Shown here piece by piece: positions 59,901-64,000 of a stretch of DNA of 64,000 bases (its first letter is position 1; each line of letters opens with the position of its first letter). The notes beneath the pieces were generated by a model. The model did no database searches. It saw only the letters and a program-made list of their open reading frames with translations, and was not told the DNA's origin. Location: assembly GCA_020057405.1 (NCBI GenBank), contig JAGVFW010000008.1, positions 3,218 through 67,217 on the forward strand, read 5' to 3'. This stretch comes from an archaeon (lineage in GTDB: Archaea; Micrarchaeota; Micrarchaeia; Norongarragalinales; UBA97). The translations under genes were made by a program, and so were the position numbers.

Positions 59901-61493
59901 TCGGGAACATGGGGAGAAACCACGGTATCGCTTGCATCAGGCCAAAGCGCAATGGCGGCGCTAGTGGTTGCAAAGACTTTTGCAGTAGTGGGCCAGCACA
60001 ACCTGACTGCAACTGCTGACCCTGACGGCGTTATCGACGAGAGCTACGAGACAAACAACGCCGGTTACGGTAGCATCTGGGTTGCCGGCAAAGGCAGCGA
60101 CTACTTCGGCGGCGTTGCAGACAACTACACTGGCCGGGGAACGGCGGGAACGCTTTACTACACGCCCGCAAACGTTTGCGGCGGCCCGACGACCACGATA
60201 TTCGGCAACGGCAAGGCGAGGAGCCTGAACCTGACGAGCAACACGCGGTCCCTGAAGGACTTTTTGGCATCATCCAAACCGTGGTTAAACACCTGCATCT
60301 GCTGCGGCGTCAACGCAAGCGTCGAGCTTTTGCGCTCGAACAACGCGGTGCAGCGCACGCGCTCGCTCATCCTCATGACTGACGGGCAGCCCAACGTCGA
60401 CTGCCCGGGAATGCCCGGCAGCACTGGAAATCCAGTCCGCGACTCCATCGTCTCCGCCTGCAACGCTTACAACAACTACAGCATCCGCGTTTACACCATC
60501 GGCTTTGGCACGCAGACCGGCGGGGAAGTCAACTGGACGCTGCTTAAGGCAATGGCCGACTGCGGAGGTGGCGCTAACTACTCTGGAGCCAACTCAAGCG
60601 AGCTTGAAATCGCGTTCCAGAAAATCATCGAACAAATCCTCAACCAGACGCAGATCCAGCAGGCAATCAACGTGAGCGGCGATTATATCACGACGAACTT
60701 GTTCCCGGACTCATACATCGACGTCAACTACACTTACAACCGCCCGCCGCCCGCGTTTAAGGAAATCACGCTGCCGATAGAGACCGACAGGTTCGGCTCG
60801 TGCATGGGAACTTACTACGTTCCCACCGGGCTGACGCCCTACGACGTGCGCGTAACGTCATACAGCGGCAGCTTATGGACCGCGAAAGTTTCGGTGAACT
60901 CTAGCACGAGCGTGCCCTGGAGCGACACGTTCAAGCTCTCCAAGTGGGGGCAAAGGTTCGACAACCTGGGCGACCCGTTCGCAATCCACTATCCATCTTA
61001 CCTCGTGCCATTTAACGAGAACAACTCAGTCAACGTCAGCCTGGGGCTAAACGCCTCGGCCGGCTCGCAGATGTGCTCGAACTCCAGCCGGGTCATCTAC
61101 GACGCGCGCGTGAAGGGCTCGGTGGGCTACGGAAACGTTTTCATAAACGCCAGCGGCTTTAACCTGACGGTCTACTACGACGCCAACCACGATGGCGTTG
61201 CCGACGGCTTTAGCTATGTTGCAGTCGGTCAGGACTTAACCCAGTTCAATGCAACAGCCATTAACGTGTCGGCCCTTGACACGGCGCGCAACGCCCTTGC
61301 CGATGCGGTGGCGCGGCTGTTAGTTGAGCTGAACTTCTTTAACCCAGGCAGCAATCCCAACCCAGCCGGCTCGCAGCAAAACCCGATTGACATCCAGTTG
61401 TCGGACTCGATTGCCATCCAGTCAAACGACTTGGGCGGCGTGCCATTCATGTGGGGGCCCAACGCGTTTAGCGTAAGAGTGTGGGGCAAATGA
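56940..61493 (+). CDS. Giant pilin-like adhesin (1,518 aa): class-III-like signal/TM, VWA domain with nested DUF2341-like, LamG-like and CARDB-like domains
   Basis: ATG 56940 lies 27 nt after GCTTTATAAG. N-terminus MPMRKGIVFSLDAVLTLLVLLMLVPL. MIDAS DVSGS at 58182-58196, alpha1/beta2 (..SKSFIDHII..RLGIAEF). Then RVHLEILNNN..YFVYYGN (DUF2341-like), LLYDDFSDGDY..W..Y (LamG-like), PDLRVDWVAI..INQGPVDA..DESYETNN (CARDB-like). The VWA then resumes with NTCICCGVNASVELL, LILMTDGQPN (60366-60395) and IRVYTIGFG. There are dozens of N-x-S/T sequons. Confidence 0.8.
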   Translation: MPMRKGIVFSLDAVLTLLVLLMLVPLSSFFRLETTPSPVFQSSLYFQAQDAIDSLSRVRISDVRSNPAVQSIFDQGLLTDEELNASVLDAIGGLWAMNTTISRSAATNLTRAMLDGLMPQSVQWGFAAEVPGGEDLLYNTSQMPSDARVVFKSTRYASGFQINQPSRGYVARAVLDAIKGKQSASYAYFGGFVGQGNVTAAIDGVPDDADVKWIYVEADLGSNATVFVNGVQCGTLNVSRDPIFQAANATYTGAGCLSAVVKGAANTVFLNFSGSDDLVKYVGGGYASITYSTQKFADTSENRTLYRFPGIRGLVNLYDSFYVPGNVTNASAYVHINTSYQFYLQIGNATVINSSGASGEQMIFIDNATFAANISKAFYGGGSTLNPLDATNVPVRLGLANIPLNQAADISLSIDVSGSMATCVGASGITPTKNENFTVDNGILYCGAVSYATCVLPDFETRVQGAVNASKSFIDHIITRSINRLGIAEFTAASSRNNFGSPPAGFYNFIPTGIWPWMSKNYPYRVHLEILNNNLTRQIPAGTPVNFSFNHSRLAIQGKSNASGYDVRVAWFNTSLGTYVMLERFNTTKFNDPAAQTTVWFPLQQNVSAGSVDYNYFVYYGNMTATNPPDDPRRIFLLYDDFSDGDYANFTNWTARVNSTVWNVTSGNLTVNGSNYKATIFAGDPSWSDYAVEADAWFGPVNNNQTASVLLYFNSTMTGGYETTMMGAALDDYRNYWWNGLNGSQASYGKFVQLSSSNLANIANNRWYHFKTGIYEKYLRSFLDGTLYNTNFNSSYSSGLIGLGAGGGTGANNAFVRFRKVFVRKWIYPDPTTTVNKEEAFSGGGTTMLTLGILNNASANVFKPVNNTFSYANGTEIGNNTAVPFIPFDSASASIDWNYTPGVTIVNATTDYPPAPNGEFSESNESNNISARIVFKPDLRVDWVAITPFAPVAGAVNTFTLNALVINQGPVDASNIVVRFTKASGENSGTWGETTVSLASGQSAMAALVVAKTFAVVGQHNLTATADPDGVIDESYETNNAGYGSIWVAGKGSDYFGGVADNYTGRGTAGTLYYTPANVCGGPTTTIFGNGKARSLNLTSNTRSLKDFLASSKPWLNTCICCGVNASVELLRSNNAVQRTRSLILMTDGQPNVDCPGMPGSTGNPVRDSIVSACNAYNNYSIRVYTIGFGTQTGGEVNWTLLKAMADCGGGANYSGANSSELEIAFQKIIEQILNQTQIQQAINVSGDYITTNLFPDSYIDVNYTYNRPPPAFKEITLPIETDRFGSCMGTYYVPTGLTPYDVRVTSYSGSLWTAKVSVNSSTSVPWSDTFKLSKWGQRFDNLGDPFAIHYPSYLVPFNENNSVNVSLGLNASAGSQMCSNSSRVIYDARVKGSVGYGNVFINASGFNLTVYYDANHDGVADGFSYVAVGQDLTQFNATAINVSALDTARNALADAVARLLVELNFFNPGSNPNPAGSQQNPIDIQLSDSIAIQSNDLGGVPFMWGPNAFSVRVWGK

Positions 61494-62440
61494 GGCGCGG
61501 AATCATCTACTCGATAATGCTTCTCTTGCTTTTGGCTCCAGTGCTGCTCTTCATATTCAGCTACGCGAATTCCGCAGGACAAAGGAACGCACAGCTCGTC
61601 TCGCACATAAGAGGCAGCGAGATAGCAAGCTTCTCGGATTCGGTATCGCAGGATGTGCCCCGCGTGCTCGAAATCGCGGGCAAGCGCGCGATTGTCTCGT
61701 CAATAAACTACGTGGACGTCAACGGATTACCCCTTGACGACGCGGCGGCCCGCATACGCGAGCTGATGGTGAACAACAGCCTCTACGGCGTCCACCAGAC
61801 CGCGATGGACGGCGCATCCGTGACCGACTGGACGGTCAACCTGCACGCGCTTGGCGCGCAAAGGGGCTTTAACGTCACGGTCAACGTCACTAGCGTGCAA
61901 ATATCGCCCAAGGACGCATTCACGCTAAACCTCACGGCCTACATGCAGGTAAACATCAGCGACATGGTGCAGACGGTAAACATCACGCGCACTTACTTTG
62001 ACTCAAAAGACATTCCCATCGCTGGGTTCGAGGACCCGCTCTACGTGCTAAACAGCCAAGGGTTCATCAAGCGCACCTTCACCGCAAACCAAAGCCCGGC
62101 TTTTGGCCTCGCGGCGTTTGACGCTTTTGCATCCTCAGGGCGCTACGCGCCAAGCTCAACGGGACCAAGCTTCCTCGACAGGCTTGAAGGCAAGTTTTAC
62201 ACACAATCGAAGTACGCAAGCCAAACGCCGGCGCTCATCGGGCTTGACAGCCTCGTTAACATCACTGAATTTGAAATCCGCGGCCTGCCGGTGCGCTACA
62301 ACCAAAGCACGCTCGACTACCATTTCTTCAATGCGAGCACCGTCTACGGCTACAAGATAACCGGCTCAAGCCTGCCGCTCCAGCGGCTGGCCAATGGCAC
62401 AAACGCTTCCTACGGCGTCTACCTCGACCTGAACTCTTAA
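61490..62440 (+). CDS. Pilin-like secreted/anchored protein
   Basis: ATG 61490 overlaps the upstream stop (ATGA). N-terminus MRRGIIYSIMLLLLLAPVLLF. About 12 N-x-S/T sequons. Confidence 0.7.
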   Translation: MRRGIIYSIMLLLLLAPVLLFIFSYANSAGQRNAQLVSHIRGSEIASFSDSVSQDVPRVLEIAGKRAIVSSINYVDVNGLPLDDAAARIRELMVNNSLYGVHQTAMDGASVTDWTVNLHALGAQRGFNVTVNVTSVQISPKDAFTLNLTAYMQVNISDMVQTVNITRTYFDSKDIPIAGFEDPLYVLNSQGFIKRTFTANQSPAFGLAAFDAFASSGRYAPSSTGPSFLDRLEGKFYTQSKYASQTPALIGLDSLVNITEFEIRGLPVRYNQSTLDYHFFNASTVYGYKITGSSLPLQRLANGTNASYGVYLDLNS

Positions 62441-62874
62441 GAAGACGCGTTAAGCTGGACGACTATGTTGCCGTTGGCTTGGCGAACTGCAGCGACAGTC
62501 ACCGACATAGCGCCGGGGGAAGTGCCGGCCTCCACGAGGCCATTTGCCGACAGGTTGGCGTAAGTGACTGCATAGGCGGTGGTGTTGTAGACCGCCGAGC
62601 CGATGACTAGAGTAATCTCGCGGCCGGACGCGTTGAAGAACGTCGTGTCGTGCGGAATTGAAATGGCGACGTTAACTTGGGCCGGCGGGCCCTGCGTGTA
62701 GACGAGGTCGGCTGCGTCCTTTAGCTTTCCGACCGCCTGCTTGGCGGCTGCAATCGAGGCTCCGCTGTCGGCCTGGGTGGCGGCCCCAGTGCTGAAAAGC
62801 CAGATGATTGCGAAGATGGTGAGCGCCATGACGGCAACGGCCATATACTCAACTGAAGCCTGCGCCCTTTCCAC
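62437..62874 (-). CDS. Archaeal type IV pilin (DUF361-type class III signal peptide)
   Basis: RA-QASVEYMAVAVMALTIFAII matches the Q(+1)..E(+5) pilin N-terminus. Start assigned to GTG 62874 (MERAQASVEY). The ORF-track start 62934 would leave 0 nt to the divergent pilin gene. Confidence 0.7.
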   Translation of the reverse strand: MERAQASVEYMAVAVMALTIFAIIWLFSTGAATQADSGASIAAAKQAVGKLKDAADLVYTQGPPAQVNVAISIPHDTTFFNASGREITLVIGSAVYNTTAYAVTYANLSANGLVEAGTSPGAMSVTVAAVRQANGNIVVQLNASS

Positions 62875-62895
62875 GCAAGGTAATAACCCTCTGGC

Positions 62896-62906
62896 CTTTT
62901 TATTTC
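62896..62906. promoter_or_regulatory. TATA-like box (CTTTTTATTTC) between divergent pilin genes
   Basis: Lies about 34 nt from ATG 62935 and about 27 nt from GTG 62874. Confidence 0.4.
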
Positions 62907-62934
62907 CCGCCTGTGTACACGCCTTAGACAACAA

Positions 62935-63327
62935 ATGAAGGGACAGGCGGCGCTAGAGTTTATAGCCATCGTAGGCATCCAGCTCGCAGTACTCGCACTC
63001 GCGTGGCTGTACTTCAATACCAACTACCAGTCGACAATCCAGTCGCTTGACGCTGCAAAGGCGCGCGACGCGGTTGAAAAAATTAGCGCGACCGCCCAGA
63101 TAGTCAGCCTCCAGGGCCCACCTGCCAAGCAAACGGTGGTGGTGGACTTTCCCTCAAACATCCAGTCGGTCAACGTCACCGGCCACGAGGTGCTAATCAA
63201 GCTTGCCGCCAACGGGGAGGCCTACGCCTATTCCCCGGTCCTATTAAACGGCAGCGTGCAGACAACGGCGGGCACCGCCTTAATCACAATTGAGGCACTG
63301 CAGGGCGTAGTGCAGATAACGGGATGA
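62935..63327 (+). CDS. Archaeal type IV pilin (DUF361-type class III signal peptide)
   Basis: MKG-QAALEFIAIVGIQLAVLALAWLYF is a canonical short class III signal with Q+1 and E+5. Confidence 0.8.
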   Translation: MKGQAALEFIAIVGIQLAVLALAWLYFNTNYQSTIQSLDAAKARDAVEKISATAQIVSLQGPPAKQTVVVDFPSNIQSVNVTGHEVLIKLAANGEAYAYSPVLLNGSVQTTAGTALITIEALQGVVQITG

Positions 63328-63734
63328 GTGAAATGCGGGGACAGTCGTCAATAGAGTTCATGCAGGCCGTCGGCCTGCTCTTAGCCATTTTCATCGTACT
63401 TACCCCGGTCGCCTACATCAAGTACACCGACAACCTAAACGCGCAGCTGCGCACCGACGCACAGCTTGTTGCCGACACCGTCGCGGGAGAAATAAACACG
63501 GCCGCCGGCGTTGGCACGGGCTATCGGCGCGCGTTCATTCTCCCGCCGCTTTTGGGCGACTCGCGGCCATACACAGTCACAATCTACGCGGCCGAACAGC
63601 AAGTTTACGTAAACTGGACCGACTCGACTGCGGTGAGCTCGGCAATAGCCACTTCAAACGTGACGCAAACCAGCCCGCTTGACCCGGGCGAGAACATCGT
63701 GTTTAACAACGGCGGGCTAATCGAGGTTGGGTGA
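63324..63734 (+). CDS. Archaeal type IV pilin (DUF361-type class III signal peptide)
   Basis: MSEMRG-QSSIEFMQAVGLLLAIFIVL. The start overlaps the upstream stop (ATGA). ATG 63333 (MRGQ..) is an alternative. Confidence 0.8.
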   Translation: MSEMRGQSSIEFMQAVGLLLAIFIVLTPVAYIKYTDNLNAQLRTDAQLVADTVAGEINTAAGVGTGYRRAFILPPLLGDSRPYTVTIYAAEQQVYVNWTDSTAVSSAIATSNVTQTSPLDPGENIVFNNGGLIEVG

Positions 63735-63740
63735 AAAGAG

Positions 63741-64000
63741 ATGGGAAAACGCGGCCAGGGAATACTGCTTGACTTCTTCATCAGCGCAGTCGTCTTCATG
63801 ATAATACTGGCCGCGACCTTCTCGATACTGAGCAATTTTGACAGGCAGGTGGGCAACTCCAATGACCTGCAGGAAATTAACGCAGTCTCGCAAGCTGCAG
63901 CAGACGCGCTAGTGAGCACACGCGGCGTGCCAAAGGACTGGAACTCCACTAGCGTGCAGGCACTCGGGCTTTTAGGCGACGACGGCCTGGTGTCCAAGAC
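63741..64000 (+). CDS. Pilin-like protein, 3'-truncated by the window edge
   Basis: Not in the ORF track because no stop is reached. My translation from ATG 63741 is MGKRGQGILLDFFISAVVFMIILAATFSIL.., open to nt 64000. Confidence 0.65.
   Translation, partial: MGKRGQGILLDFFISAVVFMIILAATFSILSNFDRQVGNSNDLQEINAVSQAAADALVSTRGVPKDWNSTSVQALGLLGDDGLVSK

Noticed and set aside
1-64000. CRISPR arrays, tRNA/rRNA genes, integrases/transposases, and prophage boundaries or direct repeats flanking the GHKL-LAGLIDADG region
   Set aside because: I saw no regularly spaced DNA repeats, no T-loop/acceptor-like tRNA structures in the few spacers longer than 100 nt, and no recombinase-like ORFs. I could not find flanking direct repeats by eye, but that would need a computational repeat search to exclude.

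Overview
Archaeal chromosomal segment. Evidence for this: a family-B DNA polymerase, a type-2 methionine aminopeptidase, geranylgeranyl reductase, a histone-fold protein, class-III-signal-peptide pilins, and TATA-like boxes about 26 nt upstream of start codons. I saw no rRNA, tRNA, CRISPR array, integrase or transposase. The gene content is compatible with a small-genome (DPANN-like) archaeon, but the lineage cannot be placed from this window. About 60 plausible CDS fall into these blocks. (1) nt 1-14702 is one uninterrupted ORF of more than 4,884 aa that runs off the 5' edge. It encodes a modular surface protein with a ~1,900-aa divergent repeat array, a Gly-rich membrane block and a low-GC helical module. 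(2) 14.7-19.6 kb holds a translationally coupled anchored protein, DUF424, a PIN-toxin remnant, two tandem DUF4389 paralogs and eight small orphan multi-pass membrane ORFs. (3) 20-22.9 kb holds a 499-aa protein that looks like a HerA/FtsK-type ATPase without a P-loop, plus a NUDIX hydrolase and coiled-coil proteins. (4) 22.9-32.9 kb is housekeeping and redox: polB, map, Rieske ferredoxin, MBL hydrolase, GGR, FNR-like reductase, 6PGDH, cyclase. (5) 32.9-37.9 kb is a three-gene minus-strand cassette: a TM protein and two divergent Hsp90/sacsin-like GHKL ATPases, the second carrying a C-terminal HExxH. It sits next to sod and a strikingly low-GC free-standing LAGLIDADG endonuclease gene. (6) 39.6-52.5 kb is housekeeping (msrA, CDF transporter, HPS-like, stomatin, galT, OB-fold protein, M29 and M24 peptidases, histone-fold protein, nth, pyk) plus a candidate C/D-box sRNA. 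(7) 52.5-64 kb is an Epd/Tad-like archaeal type IV pilus locus with an ATPase, a split platform and six pilin-like genes. One of these is a 1,518-aa sequon-rich adhesin whose VWA domain is interrupted by a ~650-aa nested insertion. The best candidates for something undescribed are the giant ORF with its membrane-ORF neighbourhood, the paired-GHKL/HExxH cassette, and the nested-VWA pilin-like adhesin. All domain calls come from motif recognition by eye. No database search was run.
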